Below, one piece after another: positions 41,466-55,490 of a stretch of 64,000 nt of DNA. The DNA comes from the human T2T-CHM13v2.0 reference genome, Homo sapiens. The stretch lies in assembly GCF_009914755.1 (NCBI RefSeq), contig NC_060928.1. The stretch is one strand, 5' to 3'. Every line of letters starts with the position of its first letter. Position 1 is the stretch's first letter. The notes under the pieces were generated by a model that worked only from the letters and a program-made list of their open reading frames with translations, did not search any database and was not told the DNA's origin. Position numbers and translations under genes: made by a program.

Positions 41466-44039
41466 GTTTCTTGGTTCTTAGAACCAGTGCCTCCCTCAAA
41501 TGCAAAGATCCTGTTTGGGGTCTTTTCATCCTACCCATTTAATCTAACACAGTACTGAGCACTGTGTTATAGGTGCCCCATAAATGTCTGCTGAAGGAAT
41601 GGCCATTTTCTAAAATCGCCCTGTCAGGGTGTGGAGGGCATGCTGCTCTTGAAATTAAGCATTCACTTTGAAGCAATGCTGTTTGTTTCTGCATGAGGGG
41701 CAGCCACCTCCTATTCCCTTCGTTTCCCCCCAAGTTGTTCTTCTTGAGGCAGACACTGCATTCTCATCACTCCCTTGCCACTCTAGATTCAAGCTGCCTC
41801 CAAAAATCCATCTTCCTTCTTGGTTCATTTTTCAGCATGAACAAGGAAATGGTTTGATGATAGAATAATAATTGATGGTTATGTTATCTGATGTTGTATA
41901 AAAGGTTTGATTTCATGGCTGCATAACTGTTTACAAAACATCACGTATCCAAAAAAACAATGCTCCTGAGTAATGTCTTTGCTGGCATACTGTATTTGCA
42001 GAGGAGAGCTGCACTGCCCACAGACTGATGGGCAACTTTGAAATTAGTGAGCACTGAAATGTCTGTTCTCCCTTCGCAGGCTGTGGTTATGAATGGTCAG
42101 CATCTGACCACTCTCTTCCTCGCCCCTGCCCCGCAGGCCACTGTGACTACTTGTCTTAAACCGGGGCACTTTGACAGGGTGTTTGATGAAGGTGGCCCTG
42201 AGGCAGAAGGCTGGTTTATTGAATCAAAATGCTGTAGCTTCACTGAAGACCTTTCTTTCATCCAACCACTGTTGAAGGCCTTTCAGGCCCTCGTTTACAG
42301 CAGGTGGATGAAGCAAACTTCCCACGGTCACTTAGCGAGTCAGGGGCCAGGCAGGGCATTCCGTAATCAAGTCCAGCAGCCATGAAACGTCCATTTGTGC
42401 CATTTGTCATGCACATTCAGTGTTTCTCAAATGGCAGTCAGGAATTATCCATCCAAAGGGGTTTCTGGGAAACCAAGGGGTCCAAGGAATAAGGTTAAGG
42501 GAAGACAAATAAATTACTGCCTGGGGACATAGACTCAAGATCTGATTCCAGCTTCTCTAAATGAAAAAGAAAACCATCTTAATGAACATTCTTTCCCATT
42601 GTCAGTCTACTTCAGAAGTCGTTCTATTCTTGCACAGACCAAAGAGAGATCTCTCAGTCAAGACCAGAGAAGGAAAAGGGTGACATCAAGTAAAAGGAAG
42701 TATCCCTTCCCCTGACATAAAAACCCAGACCCCTGTGTGGAACCACGGCCACCTTCAAAAGTCATCCTTTCCCACATCTTCCATCTCCCTTACACAAAGC
42801 ACCAAGAAATGTCAGCTAAACACGAACAGCTTAAATCCTCACAAAGAATATTCACTTTATTTCCAAGATAGGAGTTATTTTTGAGCAAAAGGGAGGGGCA
42901 GAAGACAGAGAAGAAGTTATTTACAGAAATTAGTTGCAAAGTAAAAAAAATATGAGTCTAAATGGAGAGATTATCAACATAGAAAGATGTGTTAGAGTCT
43001 AATAAGAAGACACAACACACGCAGTACATCTGAATATAACCATTAGCAGCATGGGAGAGAAGCTGTTTACTGTATTAAAGCTACCTTTACTGGCTGTATA
43101 AAAACAAAAAAGGATTGTATTGGGGCCATCACACTCCCATCTTTTCAATTACAGAAATAGAACAATCTCAGATTCCAAAGCTAACTACAAATCAAAATTG
43201 TGTTATGTTATCTACTGAGACACAAATGGAAAATAAATACTGTTAACTGTCACTTTCCATTAGGTAACAGAAATTCAATTACATTTCAAACAAGCCTCCA
43301 TGTCAACAGAATAAATCTGTTTCATAAGTGAGCAGGTAACCATTTTTGATTCCAACTTTCCAAAGGGAAAAAATCAATTTTAATCACAATTCCTCAATTT
43401 TTTTCCATATGAATGTTTTGGAGTAGAGTACATCATCTGGTCTAATAAACAGTGTTGTACAAAAGAAGAAGAAAAAAAAGCAAAAATTGGTTGCTGTTCG
43501 TTTCTGGTGCCTTTTAAACCAGAGACTCTCCATGTCTGGTTTAACTAAACTCTGTATTGCTCAAATGCTATCATTTTAAAAGTAAATGGCAGAAAGAGGG
43601 AAAAATGTACAAGGAAAATTCTTTCTGCCATGGGGTTAGTCCCAATAAGAAATGTACATAAAGAACATTAACCAGTTTTATTGACAAATCTTAAGAGGCA
43701 AACCCCCACAACTCCCTTGAAATGTAAGGAGAATCTCGAAAGACAAGCTTCTGTTCTGGAAGACTCAGTCAACCCGAGGACAGACTGCCAAATCCAGGAT
43801 GGCTGGGAGAACTGAGAATACATTGTTCACTCAGCACAAGGATATTTTGATCTAATAAATGCTTATAGATGACCTGCTTGTGTGGCAATGGGGCAGCATT
43901 TCCAAGGGAAGCTTTGTGCACTTATTTTGACTTCTAGTGAGTGCTAAAGGATAGACATTTCCAATAAAAGGCCCCCAGACTTGTTATAACTTGTTAAGAG
44001 ACTTATTATAACTTATTATAACTTGTGAGAATGGGGTAC

Positions 44040-44290
44040 TCCTAACAGCTGTCACTTAAAGTCCTTACAATGACCCCGGAATTTTTGTAAGCACTTTGCA
44101 TGGTTGTTTAATTTAATTTCATCCCCACCAGCAATCCTGTGAAGCAGGTCTTAGTCTTATCACCAAGAGGGGTTGGAGACACAGAAAGGTTAAATTACTT
44201 GACCAACTCGCACAGCAAATGCATGGCTGAGCTGGGATTCAAACCCAGGTGGTCTGGCTCCAGAGTCTATACCTGTAACCACCTCTCCAT
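44040..44290 (-). mobile_element. MIR
   Basis: GAGACACAGAAAGGTTAAATTACTTGACC..GAGCTGGGATTCAAACCCAGG. Confidence 0.85.
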
Positions 44291-44342
44291 CAGACCTCCA
44301 AATTCAACCCTCCTGTGCTCAGCAACAGTTTCAGTGTCTCAC

Positions 44343-44475
44343 TTGGATGACCACTTGTTTCACTGACCGAATCAGGACACTTTTGGGAATGAGGGGGATG
44401 TTATTAAAAAGTATACCAAAACAACAGGAGCAGACTGAAACTATCCCTGGCAAATGGAGAAACATGGCCTCCTTC
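44343..44475. mobile_element. MER94-like hAT-Blackjack MITE
   Basis: GGACACTTTTGGGAATGAGGGGGATGTTATTAA..ACAACAGG..CCCTGGCAAA. Confidence 0.65.
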
Positions 44476-44796
44476 ATTATAAGGAAGGTATATATCTTAT
44501 AAAGAGCTCACATGATAAAGGAAGGTCTAAGGCAAAGTCATGGGTTATCGGCTTTTAAGAAAGAATAAAGAAGGACAGAAAGCCAACTTGCTCATTCAAT
44601 AAAATATTGCTAAGCATCTACTATGTGGCAAACCCCGCGCCAGGTATGAAGTTATTATGGCTGAAGATGGATAAGTCAGACAAAGTCCCTGCCCTCTTGA
44701 AACTTACAGTCAAGTAGGTTGTTGCAAGGATCAAAATCAATTAAATGAGATAATATACATAAGAATGGTGGTTGTTTGGGGCACTGTAAAACAGAA

Positions 44797-44875
44797 TACA
44801 TACATATATGTGTATGTATATATATATATATACATACACACATATATATGTGTGTGTGTGTGTATATTTATATAC
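44797..44875. repeat. (TA)/(TG) microsatellite among L2 and MIR fragments (44590-45190)
   Basis: Direct reading. Confidence 0.85.
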
Positions 44876-45213
44876 TCCCAAAGTCGTGGTTTTTTTGCCA
44901 TAATTTTCTTAGTGATAGCATGATCATATATATAATATATATATGATATCTAAGAAGCAGGGTGTATGGCAGAAAAACAAACAAACAAACAAAAAACATG
45001 ACTTTGAGAGTGAAACAGATCTGTATTTTAATTTGGCTTTTCCATTCACTATCTGTGTGACTTTGGGCACATTAATTAAACACTCAGTCTCCATTTCCTG
45101 ATCTATAAAATATGAATACTAACATCTACGTTGCAAAGTGTTAGTCAGAACTGTAATAATGGAAATTACATGACTGGCATGAGATCTGCTACCGCTTAAA
45201 AGATGGTGGCCAT

Positions 45214-45507
<294 letters not shown>

Positions 45508-45813
45508 AAAAGAGGGTGGCCATTATCATTATTGGGATGCCTGGGTCCTCGTGCCCTGGGTAGTTTCACAATCCCACAGGTACATACAATTGAAAGGATA
45601 TCTAGCTGGCTGGGTTTGTACAACATCTGAAGATGGGCTGAAGGAGATGACCACATTAAAGCAGGGATGTACCCTCATCCTATGGAAGAAATCTGAATGA
45701 CACCAAAAACAGAAGACCTGGGGAGCAGTCAGTATCTATGAGTTACGAGAACACAATCCACAGAAGCAGATTCCACAGAATTCCAGGAGCAGATTCCGGA
45801 TGCACAATCCACA

Positions 45814-46103
45814 GTCCCAGATAAAAACAACTGGGTCCCAAGAAGACGAGAGACTTACCCAGAGTCATCCAGCTAATTAAAAATGGGATGGGGGTAAAAT
45901 CTCAAAAGAGACTGACACAAACAGGGAAAATCATGGTCACATCAGTGATTTTTTTTTCAACATTTGAGCACAAGGTGTTAGAAAAGAGAAAGAATTTAGA
46001 GGAGTTCATACATTAAAGAAGGAAACAGTTCAGTACTCTGGGTTTCATTCATTCATTCAATAGGTATTATGAAGACAATGGAAGAACAGCAATCAAGACA
46101 GAA
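45814..46103 (+). repeat. Dispersed duplication D, copy 1 (pair at 48489-48782)
   Basis: About 92% identical plus 3 indels by hand alignment. Confidence 0.97.
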
Positions 46104-46243
46104 GCAGATGACTAAAAAGGACAAAATCAGTAGGCCCATTGGGATTATGACTGGGTCATAGGTTTACTCCAAGACCTTGGACAGCATAGTGAACATCCAG
46201 CATAGTAGTACCTTATCTGCAAATTCTGAGTAATTATCTACAC

Positions 46244-46459
46244 CAGAGGATGGCAAACTTGGTGATATACGGCTTGATTGAAAATATTTTAGGTTTTGCA
46301 GGCTACACAGTTGCAGCTACTCAAATCTACATTGTAGTACAAAAGCAATCAAAGACAATATATACACAAATGACCATGGCAGCATGGTAATAAAGTGTTA
46401 TTTACAGAAACAGGTGGCAGGCCAGATTTGACCTGCAGGTCATAGCTTGCTCACCCCTG
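46244..46459 (+). mobile_element. MER58A
   Basis: GGCAAAC..AAATATTTTAGGTTTTGCAGG..CAGGTGGCAGGCCAGATTTGACC..ACCCCTG. Confidence 0.88.
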
Positions 46460-47692
46460 ATCTAGACCCTCTACAAAGTAGTAATAGGAAGGAGGAAGGT
46501 GGAACAGCTAAATATTGGCCACAAAACACTGGGAAACCACAAAGGGCTTTTATAAAGTGTACTTCTTGCTAACATTTCAAACAAAATGTTACCATTGTCA
46601 CTAAACATACTTTTAAGAGGATCCAGGGTACTGAAAAATTGAATCGCTTTCATTATTACTATTCAATAACTAGCTACTTAAATCTCTAGAATTTTACTAC
46701 TTTTTTGTCTTAAGATTGATGGGATATTCACTGGTTTGTAGAATTTCCAAAATCCAGTTAATTCTTCTATTTAAAAATTCAAGTCATCTATAAATTTCCA
46801 GTCCACTGGCCTGGCTCCCCTTTTATGGGCTATGACTATAATCACTAGCAGTGGTCCTGCAATACATACCCAAGTCTCTACAGCAGTACCATGGAAAGGG
46901 GATCAGGGTTCCACAGGTTGTGAAACACAGATTTCACCCATCTTGTCAAGACATTTGGGGCAGCTCTCCCCCAAGTGACCCTTGGAATACAAAAATTGTA
47001 TTCTGGTATTTTTCACATCCTTTGGATGTAAAATCTACACTGTAATATATATTGCAAAATTAAATTTTGTGCAATGTATATTACTATTATAAAGAGAAAA
47101 ACACACTTTTGTACATATTTGTGTGAACTGCACAATATCAAAGGCACATGGTGTATGCCTGGCATTGTGTTGAGCACTCTTGGGAATTTGAGGCAACTCT
47201 ATTACCCTTCCTTGGCCTCAAGAAGCTTAGCTATCCCCAAAATAAGAGGAGGCAAGGAAGAATTAGGAGAGTTAAGAGTCCTTGTGAAGCACTTAAAGAC
47301 TAAAAAGCTACCATGAGTCTATAAAGGCAGATTCTCTGAGGACCACAGGTATATAAGAAGAAAAGGAAGTCTTGATTCAGTACCAGCAGAGGATCTGGTT
47401 CGGAAGATGAAGTGTGTTTGAGACGTTAATTAACAGGAACCAGAGTCCCAGCTGACTCTCGAGCCCACCCTCATTTCTAGTCCCGGCTTTTTCCACTAAC
47501 CTGCCCTGCTTTTTAAATGAATACCCAAGACAGTCTCATAGCAGTGATATTCTTTCCGTCACCCTTTGGGGAATGGGGAGAGACATGGACCCTTGCTCCA
47601 AAGCCATGATGCCTAAACTCCTGCCTTTCCCAACTAACAAGGAGCACAACTATAACCTCAGGAAATTTAAGTTTTAAAAAGAAATCAGATCG

Positions 47693-48015
47693 GGCTGGGT
47701 GCGGTGGCTCATGCCTGTAACCCCAGAACTTTGAGAGGCCAAGGCGTGTGGGTCACTTGAGGTCAGGAGTTTGAGACCAGCCTGGCCAACATGATTAAAC
47801 CCCATCTGTACTAAAAATACAAAAATTAGCCAGGTGTGGTGGCACATGCCTGTAATCTCAGCTACTGGGAAGGCTGAGGCAGGACAATCTCTTGAACCTG
47901 GGAGGTGGAGGTTGCAGTGAGCAGAGATCACACCACTGTACTTCAGACTGGGTGACAGAGTGAGACTCTGCCACCGAAAAAAAAAAAAAAAAAAAAGAGA
48001 AAAGAAAAAAGAAAG
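47693..48015 (+). mobile_element. AluSz/Sx
   Basis: Full length; TSD AAAAGAAATCAG. Confidence 0.95.
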
Positions 48016-48488
48016 AAAAGAAATCAGTTTGGAAAGCATGTCTTCTTAGAGGTACATTTGAATCAGGTTAACTTTTATTTAGTTTTGCTGAGTTAGAGGC
48101 TATATTTCTTGCCTTAATTTTTTTAACAAGCACAGATATTTTTCAATGTATGTTGCACAGAGGAATTAATCATACCCTTTACCACAGTGGATAGCATGGG
48201 ATTTATTTACCTAGAGTTCATCTCAGAAATATTGATCATGTTATGAAGCCAGAGGCTGCTCAAGTTGAAAGGGCAACAGCTTCCAGGCTGCATTCAGAGA
48301 GTCTTGGGTCTTCCAGAGGTGTCTCATGGGTCAAGTGTGAGGGTGAGAGGAAGGGCTCTAGGCCTCCTGCCTTGCTTTAAATGGAACAATTTGAGGTTGT
48401 GCATAAGACTTCATTTGAAATAAAAGAGAGGGAAGTTTCCTACTCCTTAAAAAATTGAAAACTGCTAGTTTTCATTTTACTTCCTTGT

Positions 48489-48782
48489 GTCACAGATAAA
48501 AACAACTGGGTCCCAAAAAGATGACTTACCCAGAGTCATCCAGCTAATTAGTAATGGGATGGGGGTAAAATCTCAAAGGAGATTGATACAAATAGGGAAA
48601 AATCACTGCCATATCAGTGATTTTTTTTTCAACATTTGAGTAGAAGGTGTTAGAAAAGAGAAAGAATTTAGAAAGCTAAGGAGTTCATACATTAAAGAAG
48701 GAAATAATTCAGTACTCTGGATTTCATTCATTCATTCAGTAGGTATTATCAAGACAATGGAAGAACAGCAGTCAAGACAGAA
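48489..48782 (+). repeat. Dispersed duplication D, copy 2 (probable donor)
   Basis: Spans MIR piece, spacer and L2 terminus, then continues into the L2 body. Confidence 0.97.
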
Positions 48783-49940
48783 AAGGACTGCTTTTCACAA
48801 GGTTCATATTTTAGTGTGGAAAGAAAAAAAAAGATGTCAAAGGAGTAAATAAGCAAAACAATTACAAATATGACAAACACCTTGAGGCAAAAAAACAAGG
48901 TGATGAGATAGAAAGTAACTCTCCTGATTGATTAGGCAAGGTAGCTTTAAGAAGGTGATATTTAATTTTAAAAAGGAGGAGGAGAAGGAGTCAGTAATGC
49001 AAAAGGGGTAATGCAAAGATGCATCCAAATCCCAAGTGTAAAATCCTGGAAGTGAGAAAGATTGGAACCTGTTCAACATCAAGGGGGATAGTGTGACTGG
49101 AGCCTCATGGGAAAAGTGGCCAGGGTGAGGTTGCAGAGGTAGGCAGGAACTAGATCACAAATGGCGATGTGGACCATGGCATGAAACTTAGATTTTATTC
49201 TAAGAGCAAGGAATCTATCTAGATCACTGAAAGGTTTCTACCCAGAAAGTCCCATAATCTTTTTATTTAGTTAGTTTTTTAGAGACAGGGTTTCACTCTG
49301 TCACCCAGGCTGGAGTGCAGTGGCATGATCATAGCCCACTGCAGCATTGAACTCCTGGGCTCAAGGGATCCTCCTGCCTCAGCCTCCTGAGCAGCTAGAA
49401 CTATAGGCATGTGCCACCACGCCCAGCTACATAATCTGATTTATATTTGAAAAACACCCTGGCTGCTGCGTGATGAATAGTTTGAAGGCGAGATGGGATA
49501 AACGCAAGGAAGACCAATCCTGAGAGAGTATTGTATGTCAACGAAAGAGATAATGGTGGTAAGGGTGATGGTAACAGAGGTAAAGAAAAGTAAATGTATT
49601 CAATGTATATGAAGTATGTAAAGCATTGAATAGGATTTTCTGATGGGTCAAATAGCGAAAATTAGTAAGGAAAAATGTGTCAAGAGTGACTCCTAGTTGA
49701 ACATCCAGAAGGATGGTATTCCATTTATTGAGAATGAGGGTGGAGAAAGATATTTCGCAAAGAGAAATTTTAAAATGCATTTTAGGCATCCTGTGTTCAA
49801 GATGCCTGTTAGAAATCATGAGTAGGTGCCTTGGCTGTATACACGTGGAGCTCAAGAGAGTGTTCCAGGTTGGAGTTGAAAATGTGGCATGTAACATCAT
49901 AAAGATGGTATTTTAAAACATGGGGTTAAAGAGATCCACT
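48720..49940 (-). mobile_element. L2, long fragment (resumes ~51510 and 52090-52190)
   Basis: TTCATTCATTCATTC terminus; GATTTTATTCTAAG; GGAGCTCAAGAGAG..GATGGTATTTTAAA. Confidence 0.85.
49261..49429 (-). mobile_element. FRAM / Alu right monomer
   Basis: Monomer with TSD CATAATCT at 49253-49260 and 49430-49437. Confidence 0.9.
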
Positions 49941-50140
49941 TCTAAGTTTCTCACCTAGGATCAACTAAAAACCACAAAAATGGGAAAGTCACAAAGCGAC
50001 AGTATCTTTCTCCATGTATCAATTCCTCTCTAGAATCTACCTGGTTTGATTTACTTTCTAGGTCCTTCATATAGTTGTTTTTGGTATTTTGTCCAGAATA
50101 TATTATAGCTGTTACCTGCAGGATGGTAAAGAGGAGCAAT
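49940..50140 (-). mobile_element. L1M 5'-region fragment, inverted relative to the adjacent L1 body
   Basis: Minus strand reads TTCTGGACAAAATACCAAAAACAACTAT..CAGGTAGATTCTAGAGAGGAATTGA. Confidence 0.55.
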
Positions 50141-50328
50141 TTTATGGTTCGTAGCTGATTTAAGAAGAGAGAGAGAAAAAACTGTTTTTCTGGTCTGAAG
50201 AATCAGAGGACAGCAAATCTCTAGTACCCTGAACTACAACTGCATGGGGCCAACTGAAAGCCCATCACCTAAGGATAAAATAACAGAACTGAAATTTCAG
50301 CTGGCATCCAAAAAAAAATTTTTCTATG

Positions 50329-50392
50329 TGAGTTCAACTGAGTTAATTGCCCACTAAAACTGAGTTCAACTGAGTTAATTGCCTACTAAAAC
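50329..50392 (+). repeat. 32-bp tandem duplication
   Basis: TGAGTTCAACTGAGTTAATTGCC(C/T)ACTAAAAC twice, 31/32 identical. Confidence 0.95.
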
Positions 50393-50745
50393 AAACAAAC
50401 GAAAAACACTCTTTGAAAAATATAACAGAATCCAGAATCTCTACAACATAAAATTCACAATATCTGAGATACGATGTGAATTAGTCAACACATAAAAAAC
50501 TAGAGAAGTGTGACCTAGTATTAAGAGAAAAACGATCCATGGAAATCAACCTCACAGCTGGCTTAAATGTTGGAACAGACTTTGATTTTAAAGCAACTAT
50601 TACAGCTTGACTCAATGAGGTAAAAGAATGCATGCTTGTAATGAATGAGTAAATGTGATCTCTCACAAGGAAAAGTAAATACTACAAAGAAGAACCAAAT
50701 AGAATTTCTACAACTAAAATGAGAATATTAAGATATACGACATAG

Positions 50746-51078
<333 letters not shown>

Positions 51079-51080
51079 TT

Positions 51081-51326
51081 GGCCGGGTGGATCACGAGGT
51101 CAGGAGATCGAGACCATCCTGGCTAACACGGTGAAACCCCATCTCTACTAAAAAAAAATACAAAAAATTAGCCGGGCGCAGTGGCAGATGCCTATAATCC
51201 CAGCTACTCAGGAGGCTGAGGCAGGAGAATGGCTTGGACCCGGGAGACAGAGCTTGCAGTGAGCCAAGATCACACCACTGCACTCCAGTCTGGGTGACAG
51301 AGCAAGACTCCATCTCAAAAAAAATA
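51081..51326 (+). mobile_element. AluY lacking ~50 nt near its 5' end
   Basis: GGCCGGG joined to TGGATCACGAGGTCAGGAGATCGAGACCATCCTGGCTAACACGG. Confidence 0.96.
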
Positions 51327-51535
51327 ATAATAATTCTTTTCTTAAAAGAATGGATAGGTTTAACAGCAGAATAAAGATGACAGGGGACTGATTCGGTAAG
51401 CTGGAATATAGATCAATACATGTTATGCAAACTGAACAGAGAAAAAGACTGAAAAAATTTAACAGAGTCTCGGTGCCATGTGGAACAATATCAGAAGTTC
51501 TAATATATATGATTAGAAATGTTAGATAAAATCAC

Positions 51536-52088
51536 TGTGAAAGTTGCAGATATCAGGATGAAATCATTTTTGTCAGACCCAGATAAAATAGGGTTGGGAA
51601 GCCATGAAGAAGAGGAAGCTCGTCTGTACATGTCTGAGATAAAAACTGTTTCCAAGGACCTTCCACAATCCCCCACGGGAACCCACAGGAAATCCCTTTG
51701 CATCCTTCACTCGTCTCCCGCTTTGCACAGCTTGAACGTTTTGCACCTATACGTGTATCTCTATAACAAGTTTTATCACTAGACATTCTTTAAGCCTCAC
51801 TAATTCAGATAAGACACTCTCAAAAGAACTCTTGCCCAGTAATGACATCCCCACCAATGAACTTATGACAACTCTGGCTTTGAGCCTCTGGACCACCAAA
51901 CTCTGTTTCTGTGCAGTTTACCTAAACTTCTCCCTTCTTGCCTATAAAAGCTTCTCTTTAGCCTCCGTCACCAAACGCACTTGTGGCTTGCCATTCCATT
52001 CATCCTGGACTATAATCCTCATTTTTCATTCCCAAATTAACTCAACATATTTAGGGATATTTTTTCCTATTTTTTTTTTAGGTTTGAA
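51536..52088 (+). mobile_element. ERV1-class solo LTR (MER34/LTR48-like; subfamily uncertain)
   Basis: TG start TGTGAAAGTTG, TATA-like CCTATAAAAG, end TTTAGGTTTGAA, 4-bp TSD TCAC. Confidence 0.75.
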
Positions 52089-52599
52089 TCACTTAGGTGA
52101 AAGAAGAAGAGAAAGGATCCCAGGACTGAGCTCTGAGGCAATATTCAGGGTGTTCTGTAGAAGAATCAACAAAGAAGACAGAGAAACTCTTTAATTTTCT
52201 TATTTATCAGAAAATCAGCTTTCGTGTTTTGCTTTTCTCTTTGTCTTAATTCTATGAATATAGTCACCCTAAAAAATGTGGGGTGGGGGGGAAAAGGATT
52301 TCATCAACCAAAAAAAAAAAAAAAAAAGATTGCAACTTACTGACTCACTGTCATGTTCTCTCTCTCTACTCTGTAACTAAGACCTAACAAGTGGTACAAA
52401 GTACAGTGGTTAGCTAAAGCAAATTTACTTTCTTAGAAGTTTTTTATTTGTTTACTGCCTTGTTCCACAACATAACAGTATAAACTATTCTTCCAGTAAT
52501 TTTATCATGAAGAATCCCTTGAAAGAGAAAGATTTCAAATTTTAAGTCTCTAATAGGAATAAAAGTCACATCAGAACAAAAATTAAAACAGTTACCATA

Positions 52600-53025
52600 A
52601 AGAAAAAAAAACAGCAAAGTTCAGAAGCTTATTGAGACCAAAGAAAAAGGATATTTCAAAAAATTGAAATCCATTCCAGTGTGAGGCTTATAGAAGAATA
52701 AACTTTAGCAGGTGAGATGTAAAGTGTAGATTAGAAGGGATTAAAAATGGTGTTTGAAAACAAACAGCGAATGATAACACAACAAATAATATTAAATTCT
52801 TTAAGTGCATCAGAAATAAGACTGCTGCAAAGGGATCAGTGAATCGGTTAGACAAGCAGTGCACAAAGGAGATAGTCAAAGGGATAAGGAGATTGCAGGG
52901 AAACTAAATAATGTATTTGCATCAGTTTTCACACTGGAGAATAAGGCAATAATGGGAAAGGGAGGAAAAACCTTATTATGTGAAAGAGAGGCCCAGCTCA
53001 GATTGAGACATCAAAAGGAACCATG
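52600..53025 (+). mobile_element. CR1/L3 LINE ORF2 relic, inter-domain region
   Basis: Frameshifted translation NSKVQKLI..YFKKLK..NKL*QVRCKV*IRR / NNIKFFKCIRNK..GSVNRLD / DKEIAGKLNNVFASVFTLE. Confidence 0.85.
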
Positions 53026-53339
53026 AGGCATGAAACGGTGATAGAAGATATTTGCCATGTTCCAGCCAAAGCAGGAGGCATCTGTCAGAGTCCAGAAGCA
53101 CAAAATGCCTGTAATCTCTGATTCCTTATAGCCTCATCACTTGCCATGTAAAAGGCTTCACATTGCGGTATACTGCAAGGCAAGTTACATTTCTACTGTG
53201 GTTGGAAAGTTTATTCAGTTTCTATGGTAGACTGATCTCCAAACTGCAAAACCTCCAGCCAGTATATTACAACCCAACAGACTGGTTGATCAAAAGTCAA
53301 ACAAGAGAAGGGAGCTTTCATCCAGCCCGTCTGAGAATG

Positions 53340-54420
53340 TATGCAATTGGAAATTCTCATATACTGCTAGCAGGAATTTAAACTGGAGCCACCAGCTTTA
53401 TGGAACATTTATATTATCTAGTAAAGTTTAAAATGTGTATGTCAAATGAACCACCAATTTCACTGCTAGGTACATATGCTAAAGAAACCATAGGAGAAAT
53501 TACAAGATTGCTCACTGCAAGATTATTTGTAGAAGTGAAAAATGGATAACATAAATGTCCATAAATAGAGGAATGGATAATAAAATATGTTCATGCAATG
53601 AATTACAAGAAGTTGTAAACTTCTAATTAGCTAGATGTATATGTATCAACTTGGATAGGCTTCAAAATCATAACAGTTTGAATTAAATGCAATTGAAGAA
53701 AAAATAAACAGCATGAAAAACTGCATGTGAAAAGTGTTTAAAGAACACCTAAAACAATAGTTCAAAGATTCATACATATGTCAACAAAAGAGTAAAAAAT
53801 GCACTAGTGAGATATACAATAAATGTGTAATATGGGATGGCTCTAGAGAGATTCAGCAGTCATGTGGAACTAGGAACGGACTGAGCATTTCACTTTATCT
53901 TTGAAGTCTGTGCTATGGTTTGAATGTTCTTGTCCCCTCCAAAATTCATGTTGAAATGTAACCCCCATCACAGTGGTATTGAGAAGTGGAACCTTTTGGG
54001 AAGTGATTAAGTCATGAGGGTTCTGCCCTCATGAGTGAATTAGTGTTTTATAAAAGGGCTGGAGGGAACTAACTTAGTCCCTCTTTGTCCTTCTGTCCTT
54101 TCTGTCATGGGAGGACACTTATACAATGCCATCTATAAGGAATGGGCTCTTACCAGACCAAATTAGCCAGCCCCTTGCTCTTGGACTTCCTAGCCTCCGG
54201 AGCAACTCCTATTGTTTACAAATCACCCAGTTTCAGATATTTTGTCATAGCAGCACAAATGGACTAAGACAATCTATTTCTTTAATTAAAAGAAAGATTT
54301 GCGGTAAGTATGACAAAATGTTAACAATGATCAATTCTGGATGGTGATAATAGAGTTTTGATCATAGAACTTACTATATTTTATTATTTGTTTTTAATTT
54401 GCAAAAACAAAAATGTGTTC
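53340..54420 (+). mobile_element. L1ME-type 3' region split by an MST LTR
   Basis: AAATTCTCATATACTGCTAG..CAATTTCACTGCTAGGTA..AAATGTCCATAAATAGAGGAATGGATAA. Confidence 0.8.
53911..54271 (+). mobile_element. MSTC/D MaLR solo LTR
   Basis: TGCTATGGTTTGAATGTT..CCCTCCAAAATTCATGTTGAAA..AGCACAAATGGACTAAGACA. Confidence 0.92.
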
Positions 54421-55271
54421 TGTCCATCACCTGGAGACAAAGCTTAACTTTATTAAGTTGATTATTGTTGAATGTACCAAGAGCTATAATTAACTCAAGA
54501 TTTGCCTTGGAAGCCCAGAGTAGTGCCAGAAATAGTCTCTTCTGCTCACTTAGACAGATGTCTTCAGTTCCTTAGGCTCTCAGCTTTCCACTACCTAAAA
54601 ACCCAAAAAGGTTAATTAATAACTCTTATGGCATCCCTGTTTCTTCCAGTAAAGTTTGGCTCCATTCTGTAGAACAAATAACTGAGACATACAGACCTTA
54701 AAAAAAAAAAAAAAAAGAAATCTAAAGAGACTAAAAATCAAGGATCAGACCAAAAGCCTTTGGTCAGAAGGCTTTTCCACACCCATCTTAACATTTGACA
54801 GTTCTCTTTGAATTGATTTCATAGAGTCAAGCCCAGAGATGATAAACAGCTTCTAACTTGCTTACTAATTCTAAACAATGACAGCTTCCTGCAACCTATG
54901 TTGAAAGGATGCTGAAGCCACTAGTGTCAGTAGAAAAGAATGTTAAGATGGATTCATGATGTCCTCCATGAGCACAAAAGTAGGTGTGGGGTGAGGCATG
55001 GGGAAGTCATAAGCCATGTATCTGCTATCTAAGAAGTATAGCCACATGAAGGAAATGGCCTTTCTTGATATGCAGAAGCTGGAAATTCATGGTGTTTTAT
55101 GCATAGCGTTAGGTGCCAAACATCTTCCAGAATTCAGTCCATGAGGAATAGACTCTGCATTAGTTGCACAGCACTCAGAAGTGCACCTGAGAGGTGAGAT
55201 GTGTCCACAAACCAAGTCTTCCCTGACTAGCTCTGCCCAAGCCAAAGTTTCACAAGCCAGTGACCCTATAG

Positions 55272-55490
55272 CAGTGGTTTTCCACCAGGGCCAATTTTGT
55301 CCCACCCCAGAGGACATTTAGCAATATCTAGAGATCTTTCCATTGTCACAACTGAGGAAACGCTACTGGCATCTAGTGGGTAGAAGCCAGGGATGCTGGT
55401 AAACATCCTACAATGGAATGCACAGGACACCCTCCCACAACAAGGAGTCATCTGGTCCCAAATGTCAATACTGCAACAGTTGAGAAACTC
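55272..55490 (+). mobile_element. MER20
   Basis: CAGTGGTTTTCCACC..CTACTGGCATCTAGTGGGTAGAAGCCAGGGATGCTG..CAAATGTCAATA..GTTGAGAAAC. Confidence 0.92.

Noticed and set aside
43979-44027. ACTT(G/A)TTATA short repeats
   Set aside because: Ordinary slippage-type micro-duplication; not a CRISPR-like or regulatory array.
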